Source: Sminthopsis crassicaudata | Lineage: Eukaryota | Direction: 5' to 3' | DNA: 64,000 nt | NCBI RefSeq assembly: GCF_048593235.1 | Contig: NC_133618.1 | Location: 149,509,162 to 149,573,161 of the forward strand | Shown here: one piece after another, positions 24,451-35,929 of the stretch | Layout of the letters: each line of letters opens with the position of its first letter | How positions within the stretch are numbered: position 1 is the stretch's first letter | Notes under the pieces: model-generated | Database searches by the model: none | What the model saw: only the letters and a program-made list of their open reading frames with translations | What the model was told of the DNA's origin: nothing | Position numbers and translations under genes: made by a program

Positions 24451-25635
24451 TGGAAGTTAGACGTGTGCCAAGATTCTTTGATCCCAAGTGCTTTTTTTTT
24501 CTATTTGGGAATAGTTGGATTAGGATACCCGACTACTATTTTTTGAGATTATTTTAAAAGGAAAGCTCATGAATAATGACAGGGATGGTTGGTATGCTTT
24601 TAGCTAATATCAGAAATGCAACATCAATCCTGATCTAATGTAAGGGGAGATTGGACATTTGTGGTCATGCCTTGTCTGCAAAGGTATTTCATATTTTTCT
24701 AGGAATGGAAAAGGAAGGAAAGTGGGAAGACATGTGGCCCGGACAATACCCAGAAATCCTGCCTATGGGGAATTGATCATTAGCCTAATGCCAATGGAGC
24801 TAAGAAAATATATTGACATTGGATGAGGAGGTAGATAAGTTAATTGGGAAAGAGGACATGGATTTCTCATATCTCATCAAGATAAAATGGAGAATGAGTT
24901 GTGTATTCCATTGAATTTGATGAGGACTTGATTTTTTCAGAGACTAAAAACAAATCGATCCTCTCATAAGCATTGTGATCACCTATGAAATCACCATGGG
25001 GCAGGCAGACCAGGGCCAAGAATGAAACTTTAGTTGCACAGAAAGATTGGCCAATGGGCACATACGTGGTTGGATAACAGATTGTTCAAAGCAGAATCCT
25101 GAAGAAGACTCCAAAGAAATACAGGGGAGTTTTATTTCAACATAGCAGCCAAGGCATTTCTGGGAGGGGTGTAGGCTAAAAGAACCAGTTTCTATCTTTC
25201 TTGAATTACCCTCAATCAAGTCAGTAGTTATCGATAAATAAAATTAGTTGTTACTACTAATCTAATTCAAGTAGCTGTTAATTCTTTTTTCTTCTTCATT
25301 TACTCACTTCTCTCTATAGTAATATAAACTCAATAGAATGTAAACTCTTTGAGAGAAGGGAATCCTTTCCACCTTTGTCTATGTACCCACAGCTTTGCAC
25401 ATTGTGAATATTAAAAGAAATGCTTGCAGGATTGAAATACTCATTAGATGGCATCCCAAGGATCCCTACATGCCATACCACCTGACTCTCTTCCTCTCTC
25501 TCTCTCTGATGGGGGGATAGACTTGAAAGAATATGCTGCTGTGGTTCCTTTGGGTGCATTTTTAACCATGGTTTTTTTTTTTTTTTTCTTATGACATGAA
25601 ACATATTCTTCTCTTGCTTCTCTCTTCCTCTGTAG

Positions 25636-25768
25636 GTTTGGTTCGGTGGCACCAGATGGACAATATTACTCACCCATTAAGAACAAGAGTGAAAGATTTA
25701 ATGTAATGTTGGCAGCTCTGACACCCTCCCGGTTAGCTGTGACTTTCCAAGCGATGGGAGCGATGAAG
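25636..25768 (+). CDS. ACOXL: ACOXL coding exon (approx. exon 9), 133 nt, phase 2-0
   Basis: gtag|G...ATGAAG|gtagct. Translates (K)[44 protein letters not shown]. Confidence 0.96.
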
Positions 25769-25897
25769 GTAGCTTTACTGGCATTTCTCAAGTGCATCTC
25801 AAGAGAATGGTTCTCCTCCCTGCTTCATGCATGTTCCCGACTTACTGCCGTATGGAGACTACCACACTGGGAGGCTGAGTAGCTCTTTAGAATCTCA

Positions 25898-26133
25898 GGG
25901 CTGTTTAGGTCAGTTGGTTAGAGCCTGGTGCTAATGAGGCTAGGATTAGAGATTCGATTCCCATCCAGGCCAGATGGCCGCATACACAGGAAAATTTTTG
26001 TTCCTCGGCCACAGATGCACCCTTAACGCCAGCCATCTGTTTCACAGATGTGTGTTTCCTAGATTATGAAGGGCACTGGGTAAAAGGGTGTGGATGACTC
26101 AGTATAAAATCATCACCACTGCTAGAAAAACAA
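25898..26133 (+). mobile_element. MamSINE1-like ancient tRNA-derived SINE, near full length
   Basis: tRNA head tcagttggttagagcctggtgctaatgaggc...gattcgattccc, then body cggccacagatgcacccttaacgccagcc...gtgtggatg...catcaccactgctagaaaaacaa, matching the recalled MamSINE1 consensus. Confidence 0.75.
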
Positions 26134-26299
26134 TGGCGAGCTCACACTCCACTTGTGATGGGTCAGCAGAATCTTACACATCCATCAGCAAGTTTTTATG
26201 TAATTCTTTGGGGTGGTCTCATTTGCTGATGGTGGTGTGATGATGTTTGCAAGCACATCTCTGAACTGCATTTGTAGGACTAAAGCTCTAGAAGATGGT

Positions 26300-26620
26300 C
26301 CATTTCCTCCAACTCCTAGGGTTGAACTCATGGAATCTTAGACTCTTCAAGCTAGAAGATACCGGGGAAGTCATTTAATCCAAACCCCATCCGAAGCAGG
26401 GATTCCATTCTCAACATCTGCATTATACCTGACAAATGGTCAATGACGGAGAAATCACTTCTTCAAATTGGCTATTTCATTTTTTTTTGGCAGGGGTGGG
26501 ATGGTTCTAATTGTCAAGAACATTTTTCTTTTTGTTGAGCCTTTATATAATGTTTTCCTGTAACTTCTAGTCATTGCTTTTAGTATTTCTCTCTGGGTCA
26601 AATGGGATAAGCATCCTGGG
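26300..26620 (-). mobile_element. L3/CR1 3' fragment
   Basis: gggattccattctcaacatc...cctgacaaatggtc...ggttctaattgtcaagaac...cctgtaacttctagtcattg. Confidence 0.7.
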
Positions 26621-26623
26621 TAT

Positions 26624-26767
26624 NNNNNNNNNNNNNNNNNNNNNNNNNNNNNNNNNNNNNNNNNNNNNNNNNNNNNNNNNNNNNNNNNNNNNNNNNNNNN
26701 NNNNNNNNNNNNNNNNNNNNNNNNNNNNNNNNNNNNNNNNNNNNNNNNNNNNNNNNNNNNNNNNNNN
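26624..26767. other. Assembly gap (144 N)
   Basis: Run of N flanked by TA/CA-rich sequence. Confidence 0.99.
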
Positions 26768-27394
26768 ATACACACATATCTATAAGGCTGGTAGTTCTCT
26801 TGAAATTAGGATTTCTGAAGCACATTGTGATAAGCATATTGGATGTCTTGCTAACTTTGATATGAATATAATGAGACCCCTGAGAATGGGGCTGGGATGC
26901 CAACAGTTTACTAAGGAAAGGAAATCAGCTCAAGTCAGAAACAAAGCAAATCAGTCCTGGACCAATAAGAGGGATTGACTACATGAGTGTCTCCTATAAG
27001 TCTAGCTTGAGTGAGCTCAAACATTCCTTTAAGTACTTAAAGACCTTGGTTGATGATGTCTGTCAAGATTCTGGCGTTGGGAACTTAGTTGGTGCTTAAT
27101 AAATGCTTCTTGACTTGATTTAAGCCATCCATTTCATTTTACAAATGAGGAAGCTGAGGACCAGACAATAGCAGTAACTTGGCCAAACATTCACAGTAGT
27201 AAATGACAGAATCAGGTCCAAATCCAAGGCTTCCACTGTATATTCTTCTTTAATGCTGATCAGAGGGATTTGAATTATATATTAAAAGGAATAGAGAGTC
27301 CCTGGAGATTTTTGAGCAGAGAGTGGGCATAGTCAGACATGTACTTTAGGAATATCTCTTAAGCATCCATTGCCTTGTCTTCTTGATTGTGGTA

Positions 27395-28370
27395 GCAAGT
27401 TGATATTTCAGACCCATGTTGGATTTACTTCACATTTATCTCTGCTAAATTTCATCTTGTTAGGACCAGCTAAAACATAATTCCAGTCTGTTCTTTTTAA
27501 ATACCAGTTCTATCATTTAACATATTAATTATGCCTCCTACCTTTTGTCATCTGAAAATTGGATATACATGTCACCTACACCTTATCTAAAGCATTGATA
27601 AAAATATTAGCTAGAATAGGTGTATGGAAAAGATCTTAAAGCATTCCCATTAAAGACCTCTCTCAACAATAAAATTGAATTACTGTTTTAGCATCCTATA
27701 ATACTGGCTGTTTAGCCAGACTTAACTGGCCACCTACCAATCTGTTCTCATCTTGTCTATAGCTCTCTCATTCACAAGACTATCATGGGACTCTGCTGAA
27801 ATCTTGGCATACTAATTTTGTTTGTGGCATTTCCATGATTCACTAGTTTGGTGATCTTGTGGGAAGGGAAAAAAGGATATTAGGTGAATATATTCTTACT
27901 GAATCCATGCTAACTTGGAATGAGGGCCCATTCCTTAAATGGACACAAGCCATCAATTGTCTCTGATAAAACATTTACGCATTTTATCAATAATTGACAT
28001 CAATCTTGCTCAATTGGTAGTGTCTATTATGTTACTAATAGAATCTATTAATTCTGTTAATAGTATTTACTATGCCATTAATAAATAATAAAATCTATGA
28101 TTAATATTAATATATTATACATATATAAAATAGGTATAAAAATAAAATATTTACTGAAAATAAATCACAATTTTGTAATCCCCTTATTCAGTTACAAACC
28201 TGGAGTCATAACCTATACTGTAAGAAGCCGGGTACTATACTACTAAAAGCATTTCCTCTTCCCTCCTGTTTGAAAATCAGGGAATCTTTGTTCATCTCCA
28301 GTCCCACAGTACCGCTTTCATTTTTCATGATATTACAGAGATTAGTAACAATACTTTGGCAATCATAGGC
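27395..28370 (-). mobile_element. L3/CR1 reverse-transcriptase region, decayed and interrupted by AT-rich DNA and a MITE
   Basis: Minus-strand peptides in the correct CR1 RT order: IAKVL..WDWR (~28290-28360), KITKLVNHGNA..DFSR (~27790-27860), FSDDK (~27545), NKMKFSRDKCEV (~27425-27460). Confidence 0.8.
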
Positions 28371-28374
28371 ACAA

Positions 28375-28820
28375 CACTATGCTTTGGTTAGCCCATATCT
28401 GGAGGTCTACATTCACATTTAGGTACCAAATTTCAGGAAGGACATTATCAAGTTATAATATGTCTGGTAAAGATTATCAAGATTGGGAGAAAAATAGAAA
28501 TCTGCTGAGCTTCTTAGTTTGGAGAAGGACAACTCTTCAAGGATATGGTTGTAATATCTGACTCATTTGCTTGCCTTCAGAAGCAGATCTAAGAGCATGG
28601 AGGAAAGTTGTAGAGAGAAATTTTGACTTCATATAAAGAAATATACCCTATTAATTAGAATTATCCAACAAATCGTGGTCTTCTGCAAAAGATGTGATTT
28701 CTTCCTATTTAAGAGATCTTCAGCCACAAAAAAATTTGCTTTCCAGTAGATCTTTTGTAGAGAGGATTCTTGCTCAGGAATAGGATGGCTTCTAAAACCC
28801 TTCTAGATCAGAGTTTCTAT
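28375..28820 (+). mobile_element. L3/CR1 3' segment
   Basis: ALVSPYLE (compare CR1 SALVRPHLEYC), ttcaggaaggacatt..., cttagtttggagaagg..., 3'UTR-like end. Confidence 0.75.
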
Positions 28821-30789
28821 GATGTTTAGTTTGTTCAATGTCTTGGATTTCATTCATCCAGGTCATGGGTCTTATACTCATTGAGGGTGATGAGAATAGC
28901 TCTTACCACTTGCTTATTCATCTTGGTTTCAAACTTTATGGGCATCTTGAACTGAAAAAAATCTTTTTTGGCTAAATGGTTCCCAGTACTCTCCCTTTTT
29001 CAGTTCCTCCCCTGGGCAACAAAAGCCAGTGGAGAGGGAGATAAGACCTGCCTCATGTATGCAATCCTAGTATCGACTCTTTAGGATGCTCCTTTGTGGA
29101 GCAGGGAAAGCAGTTTTCCTCTGACCACTAATCTTGTTCTGTGCCCTAGAAAACAGGATGTTAACACAAAATTGCTAATATACATTTAACACTTCTTTAC
29201 CAAGATCTTCAGGATTTCAGTTATATAGCCTGGTAGTAGATATAGAAATTAGACTGAAGGGACTAAATAAAACTAACACCCCTCCCAGTTTAATTGTTTT
29301 AAAACAAAATCAAATATGATATACTTTAAAAAAGATGTCTCATGTTATATATCTTATAAGTGGCTTAGAAGTTTTACTATAAACACATATATTCAGGAAG
29401 GAAAAATTTATTCCACAACAACTGCATTGTGTTTTTAATCCATTTTTTGGGGTGCATGCATGTGTGTGTATGTACACACATGTATGACATGCAGGAATAT
29501 GTCTGTTTTAACCATTGATATAGGTGATCTTCTGCTAATTTCTGATGTTATTCCAGTCCTCAGGCATATCTTCTTAGAAGAGCCATATCAACAATGAAGG
29601 AACCAAGACAGTTTTGTAATGAAGTTATCAACCCTGAAGTTAGAATATTTGCCAAAAATTAGTGAAAAGTTTTCCTTCCAAACTATATGTATTCAATCAC
29701 TGACTCATTTTCATGGCCACAGAACGAGATAAATAAGAGAAGCCATATTAGATTGGAATTGCATTGAGGGGATTGGCTGGAGAGAACAGTAATTCCAATT
29801 TTATACAAAGCAGTAATACTACAAATCTGCAAGTTTAAATGATAGAAACCTTAAGAAAATTCTGGCAGTATCTTTCTGAAGAGAGTATTGGAAGAATATG
29901 GGGAACATGTGCTTTTTGAGTGCTATGAAGCCTAGTTTATGAATCCCACTCTAGTACCAATTTCAGTTTGTGTGGCAATAATGAAGGTTGTATAGTTTTT
30001 CCATTTAAATAGAACCTATAAATAAAAAGCCAATTGGATCAAAACAAAAGATAAAGAGGGGACAAGAGAAAGATATGATTTTTTTTAACAATCAGTTTTT
30101 AGAGAAGGCAAAAAATGAGGTGGTCAATCAAAAAAAGTAGATAATAATATAAAAGAAAATGAAAAGAAACCCCATCACCCTTCATTTATTTCTATAGCAA
30201 AGGAGAAGCTGATTACAAGGCCTAAGAGTATATTAGAAAAATCAAAGTATGAACAGCTTCTTTGTAGGTAACCTAGCTTGGGGAAGACTCAAGGAAGAGG
30301 GGATAAAGGCAATTTTTTGTTGCTCTGGGAGTCCATAGTAGGGAAAAGAGGAAGAGGGGAAGAAGGGGCAGAGATTATGTTTACCCTCTGCTAACCAGAT
30401 ACTTAACTCTGTTGTTTCTATGCCATTGGAGGATTGCAAATGCTGTCAGTATCCTTTAAATAAAATACCTTGGAGTAAAGCCCTGGTCACACCACCTAGT
30501 TGGGGTCATTTCCCTTAAAACACACATTTTCCCCTTGCTATTCTCCCCCTCCAAAGCTGCCTCATAATCACTGATTAGAAATGGCAATACCAAGAATTAA
30601 ACACTTACTCTGAAGTACAGGGATGGTAGGAATGTTTGAAAGCAGGGCTCTAAAAGTTAACTGCACCCTTAACAAAACTCTGTGTGAAATAAATCCCCCT
30701 GACGCCAACGTGAGCACCTGCCATGAGGCTTCCCCCCTCCCACTCCTGCACTCCCCCTCTCTCACAGAAAAAGAGCTTGTCACATAATA

Positions 30790-31150
30790 ATGGGATCTGG
30801 CCAGGGCTCTGGTGGACATCAGATCCATCCGCCACTTTTGTGGCCCAACTGATTTAATCAGTCATGATAGATAGTGACCTTGGCCCGTGTGATCTCATCT
30901 CGAATGTCTCCAGTGAGGATGATTTCACCACCTTTCTTGGCAGCTCCTCCATTCCTATGGCTATAACACATGACATATGTTTTCCCTGTTGAAACTTAAG
31001 CCTATCCCTTCTATTTTTTTGCTTTCACTGATGAGTGGGAAAAGAGCCCCCTTTCTTCTCTTCTGCCTCCCTCATATATTGGGAAACTGTTACTGTCCCT
31101 TTTTACAATGATATTTTTTCTCAAGTTTGGACAATCTTAGTCCTTTCAAA
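30790..31150 (-). mobile_element. L3/CR1 3' fragment
   Basis: gtctccagtgaggatgatttcaccacctttcttggcagc...ttttctcaagtttggacaatcttagtcc. Confidence 0.55.
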
Positions 31151-32084
31151 CTGTGCCCAGAGGTCTTATTTTTCATGATTATCTCTCCTTTCCATTGCTC
31201 TTCTTCGTCCTTGAATGTTTTCTTTGAAAAGTTTGCCTAATAGACCATCTCTCATTTGTATCCAGAATACTGTGGCAGATCAATGATTAACAAAAGAATC
31301 ACAAAATTAAGATGTATGGCCAGGGAAGGGAGGGAGATTTTTGGATCATGTTCAGAAATAGGGAAAATCTGTTGCAAAATGGATAGAGATGGAGGATCTG
31401 GATGAAGGAGTGAAGAATACTGAAATTTGAAAATTGGGAAACCTATAAAAATTTTTGGGGTTCACCCCAAAAGTATAGCGGATAGTATTAGTGAGTATAG
31501 AATTGAAAGGGGAGAAAACTTAACCTTACAGGAACAAAAACTTGTCTGCCAAATCAGAAGTTGTCTTCTTCCATATTTATTACAAGAGTCAGGTTTTATT
31601 CTCAATCTATAGCCACAGATCCCATCCAGCCCATATGGTTCTCTTCTTTTTACTATTACATTTTGTGGGAGCCTCTTGTCTCTGTATCTTAGTCCTTTCC
31701 TTCCTTTGCCCTGCATCAGACTTTCCCTTGTGGAAAAGTGAAACAACAGAGCAAAACGTTTCATCTTGCTCCTGAAACCATAGTTAACTATGTATATAGT
31801 ATTCCATCCTGGTAGTGCTTCATAGTTCTACTATGAAGGTGAAGGCATAGTTTGCTCTCTCAGGACTGTATCTATTTTCTTTTTCTCTTATTATTTAACT
31901 TCTTTTGAGTGGTCTTTTCATCAATGTTATTGCAGTCATTGTGTCCGTTCTTCTGATTCAGCTTATTTCAAGTCATGCAATTCTGGGCAAAACCTTTATC
32001 CTCTCAGTTCTCTATGCAGCTCTTCATAATGACATGCGTATTATATTAAGAAATGATAAGCAATATATTAATAAATCAAGTCAG

Positions 32085-32280
32085 TCAGAAGATTCATCTC
32101 CCTGAGTTCAAATCTAACTTCAGACACATACTAGTCTGTGTGACCTGGGCAAGTTTGTTCAGTTTCTTTATCTGTAAAATGAGATGGAAAAGGAAATGAC
32201 AAAGTATTCCAGGATCTTTGCTAAAAAACAAACAAACCCTGAAATGGGGTCATAAAGAGTTAGACATGAACAACAATGAC
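32085..32280 (+). mobile_element. Mar1-type SINE
   Basis: gagttcaaatctaacttcagacac...gaaaaggaaatgacaaagtattccaggatctttgc...ggggtcataaagagttagacatgaacaacaa. Confidence 0.8.
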
Positions 32281-34102
32281 AATATTAATGACAATAATTA
32301 TTTAACAATGACAATAATAATTAATTACATAAAGAATTCATAAAGAAACATGAATCCAAATGCAGGGTTTGATACTTGTAGTGTAACCATGGGCAAATTT
32401 CCCTTCAAGTCTTTCCTGGACTCATCTTTATTTGTAAAATAGGGGCAATAATACTTACTGAACAGTGTTGTTGTGTTGCTCAAATACAATGTAAGTATTA
32501 AAATGCTGTGGCAATTTCAGCCTCGATCAAAGCAATGATTAACTATAATTAATCCAAATACCTTTATTTTTTGTCCTTCTGGACAAAATGAGGTTTCTCA
32601 TATCACTGTTAAACTCAGTGAATTGGTCTTTCTTTTGGGTTTCTTATGAAGCAGCTGCATGGGACTTCTGGTAAACCTACTGATTTTAACTTTGTGTTAT
32701 TTATTGCCAGCCATTTGTGGTTTCTGAGGGTGGAGATCTGTATCCTTTTTGGAAAGTCTTGTAATTTCACTTTGTTTCATTCTCCTCCCTGGCCAGGGAT
32801 CAAATAAGACCCCATAGAGCTGATGATGAAAGAAGTAGGGATCTCAAGTTCACCCTCAGCAGTTCCCTAAGACCAAGGCTTTCACCTCTTAACCACATCC
32901 ACTTGAAGAAAGAGTGGTTTTAGTGCATTGTTCCAAGTGTCAACCCTTCTTCAGGCCTTCTTCTGAAGTGTGCTGAAGGAACTTAACGTTTTTTGGTGTG
33001 TCTCATGGGTGTGCAAAGAATGCCTTTTGCAAAACATTGAAAACTATTCAAAATCAGAAATGGGGTAAGACTGGAAGAAAGAAAACATTTAAAAGTGCTT
33101 AACTCTGGAGATCAAATCACCAAGCATTGCTATTAAATATTAGCAAATATTAACCTGTCACCAATATTTACCATCAATCTGATCTCTCTTCAAGAAGCCT
33201 GCAGGTGATAAATAATAAAATGATGATGATTGTGATTTCAATGGTTAAACAGAACTTCTAGTTGACTATAGTGCCCCTATCAAGTCAGTCAGATTTTATT
33301 TATATTCTCTGTATATTATAGGTAGTTATGTGATTGCTAAAATGTGCTTATTCTCTCTTCTTATCTTTTCATATCATTTATGTACATATCATTTCATAAA
33401 ATTTTAGAGTTAAGTAAAGAAATATATGAATTAGTAGTGACTGGTATCTTCTGACTAATATTATCTGTGATTTCCCCTTCTCCCCAATTTAAGGCTTGAT
33501 CCCTCAAGGCTTTCAAATTGTGTTGCCTCCAATTTAAGCACCTTCTCTGTGTATTTGGTTGATTTAATTCTCTCATCTTCATCTTCTTTAGTATCTTGAG
33601 GGAGTGATATTAGAGGTTTTCTTGGTCATCAATTTAAAGATGGAAGGAAACTTAGAATTCATCTAATCCTACTTTCTCATTTTATAGATAACAAAACTGA
33701 GGTACAGCGAGTTGAATTGTTTTTCCCAAAGTCACAAAGTAGGGAAAACTGCCTGACTGGATAAACATGGTTTAAGTAACATTCCTTATGAATATAAAAT
33801 GGAAGTGATGTATACATTTAAGGGATTAGATCTGATGGATTGCCTGAAGAACGATGGATAGAGATTTTAGCAACAGAAACATTTCAAAGAAAAAGAACAA
33901 ATCAACAAAAGGGCTGTGTGATGAGCCTTTATTAATAGTTGTGAAAAGAATGTGCTAAAGATGATGTCTGCTCTGAAGGAGCTCCCAGTCTATTGGGGAA
34001 GACAACATACTAACATCTGTATACAAAAATGACATGTACAGAATAAAGTGCAGATAATAAAGAGAGAAAGGACTTGATTTAAAAGGAATGGGGAAAAGCT
34101 TC

Positions 34103-34295
34103 AAAAGAAGAAGGGGATGGTAGAGGATGACATGGATAGAGTCATGGAAGTGATGACTTGGACAGACTTCCAGAGATAGTGGAAGATGGAAGGGCTTGGC
34201 ATGCTGTGGTCCATTAGAAATGTCTTTGCCAAAAAAACCCTAAAGGAGATCATGAAGAATCAGATATAACTGAAATACTTGAACAACAAACAATG
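34103..34295 (+). mobile_element. RTE (BovB-like) 3' fragment fused to a Mar1-type tail
   Basis: gaagaaggggatggtagaggatgac...ttggacagacttccagagatagtggaagatggaagggcttggcatgctgtggtccat, then ctttgccaaaaaaaccc...gaacaacaa. Confidence 0.65.
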
Positions 34296-34914
34296 ATAAA
34301 ATCTTTGGTTATCTATTTTTTTCCCTGTCTTAACAACAACAACACAGGTAGTTAAAGTCAACCAGGATCTTAAACCAGTCCTCTTTCCACTGGACCACTC
34401 AGCTTTTCCTAATTTTAAGACAGCTAAAGAGTTTTAAAATGGTTGAACTTTCATTATGTATCCCGGAGAAGGAAAACTATGTAGAAACTTAGTAGCTGTC
34501 TTCAGATGGAACAAGGAAGCTGGTAGCCAGTTGTTCGAACTCCACCAAGGAAATTACCAATACAGGTACATTGGTTTCAACTGGAGCATAATGGATTTGA
34601 GATTATACAAAGAAATCTTTGCCAGTGAGGGTTGTTCAACGTTGAATAAATTTTCTGAAGAAGGTGATAGAAGCTGCTTTCCCTGGAGATTCTAAAAACA
34701 TCCTAAGTTTTTCATGGTTATAATAATTTGAATGAGTTTGCTTAAAGGCTTATTGAAATGCTCATTCTTATAGAAAGAATCTTTGGGACTAGAACTCCTG
34801 ATGAATTCCCCCACTGGAAAACAGTAGTGATAAAGAGATGGTCAGCTCCCATTTCCTTCATATCTCCCTTCTCCCATATTCTCAGGGGACAAAAAATTAC
34901 TTTTGTTAGAAGGA

Positions 34915-35750
34915 CTGTCAATAAACATTCATTAAGCCCTTATTATGTTCCAGGAACTTTGCTATATGTTGGCAATACAAAGAAAGACAAAAAGTTGACA
35001 GTCTAGTGAAGAAAATAACATGGAATCATCTATGTAAAAACAAGATATGTACAGGATAAAATGAAGATAATTCTTCAGTCCTTAAAAGGGCTGGGAGAGG
35101 TTTTAACACGTGGAACTTTACTTGCAACTTGAAGGGAGCCAGTCAGGAAAGCCAAGATGCAGAGATAGGAGAGAGTTCCAGGCATGGGAAACAGCCAGGA
35201 GAAAGACTTGGAGTTGGGGCAGAGTGCTCAATGAAAAACAGCAGGAAGGCCTAAGGTGTAGGAAGACTGGGAAGGGAGGAAGGGGGCAGTTTATGAAGAA
35301 TTTCAAAAGAGGATTTCTTTTTTTTTTTTTTAAATTTTGTAATTATAACTTTCTATTGACAGAACTTATGCATGGGTAATGTTTTACAACATTATCCCTT
35401 GCACTCACTTCTGTTCTGAATTTTTTCCTTCCTTCCTTCCACCCCTTCCAGTAGATGGCAGGCAGTCTTATACATGTTAAATATGTTATAGTATATCCTA
35501 GATACAGTATATGTGTGCAGATCTATACAGTTCTCTTGTTGCACAAGAAGAATTGGATTTGGAAGGTAAAAATAATCTGGGAAGAAAAACAAAAAATGCA
35601 AACAGTTTACATTCATTTCCCAGTGTTCCTTCTCTGGGTGTAGCTGATTCTGTCCATCATTGATCAACTGGAACTGAATTAAATATTCAAAAGAGGATTT
35701 CTTTTGATCCTGAAGATCCAGGGAGACACTTAAAGATTGGCTCTTGCTGG
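34915..35750 (-). mobile_element. L2 3' fragment interrupted by L1 35322-35685
   Basis: aaacattcattaagcc tail, then an antisense L2 body that resumes after the L1 TSD. Confidence 0.75.
35322..35685 (-). mobile_element. 5'-truncated dasyurid-type L1 3'UTR with up to 20-bp TSD
   Basis: Poly(T), then aattttgtaattataact...gtagctgattctgtccatcattgatcaactggaactgaatt. TSD TTCAAAAGAGGATTTCTTTT at 35302-35321 and 35686-35705. Confidence 0.9.
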
Positions 35751-35929
35751 GGTGAGGAGTGAGAGTAGGAGGGTAAGGTTAGAAAACAACCAGAGGTCAG
35801 TGCAGGGTGGGAAGGGAAGGGTTGATAGGTGGTTGACAGGCATGGGCATTAGGGGAAGAAGCAGCCCTAGCAAAGGAAGAGATTTCTAAATTGGGGGAGG
35901 AGGGAGATTTCATTTAAAGCAGGGCCAAA

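Noticed and set aside
20441-25640. Three consecutive acceptors read AG|GT, like recursive splice sites
   Set aside because: G at +1 is consensus and the following GT is dictated by Gly/Phe codons. No intronic ratchet-point evidence.
25646-25882. ORF reading through the exon donor into the intron (possible alternative terminal exon)
   Set aside because: Simple read-through to the first intronic stop. No conservation evidence or nearby poly(A) signal supports it.
25898-25975. tRNA-like sequence with A and B boxes
   Set aside because: It is the head of a MamSINE1-like SINE and continues into the SINE body, with no proper acceptor stem or terminator.
31453-31472. Perfect 9-bp inverted repeat TTTTGGGGT-TC-ACCCCAAAA
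   Set aside because: Too short, low-complexity and without context. Expected by chance in 64 kb.
31584-31618. TATAGCCACAG (YSH-S/R) resembling the end of the next ACOXL exon
   Set aside because: Followed by AT rather than GT, and the upstream codons read KSQVLFSI, not LGLTIAIR. Chance match.
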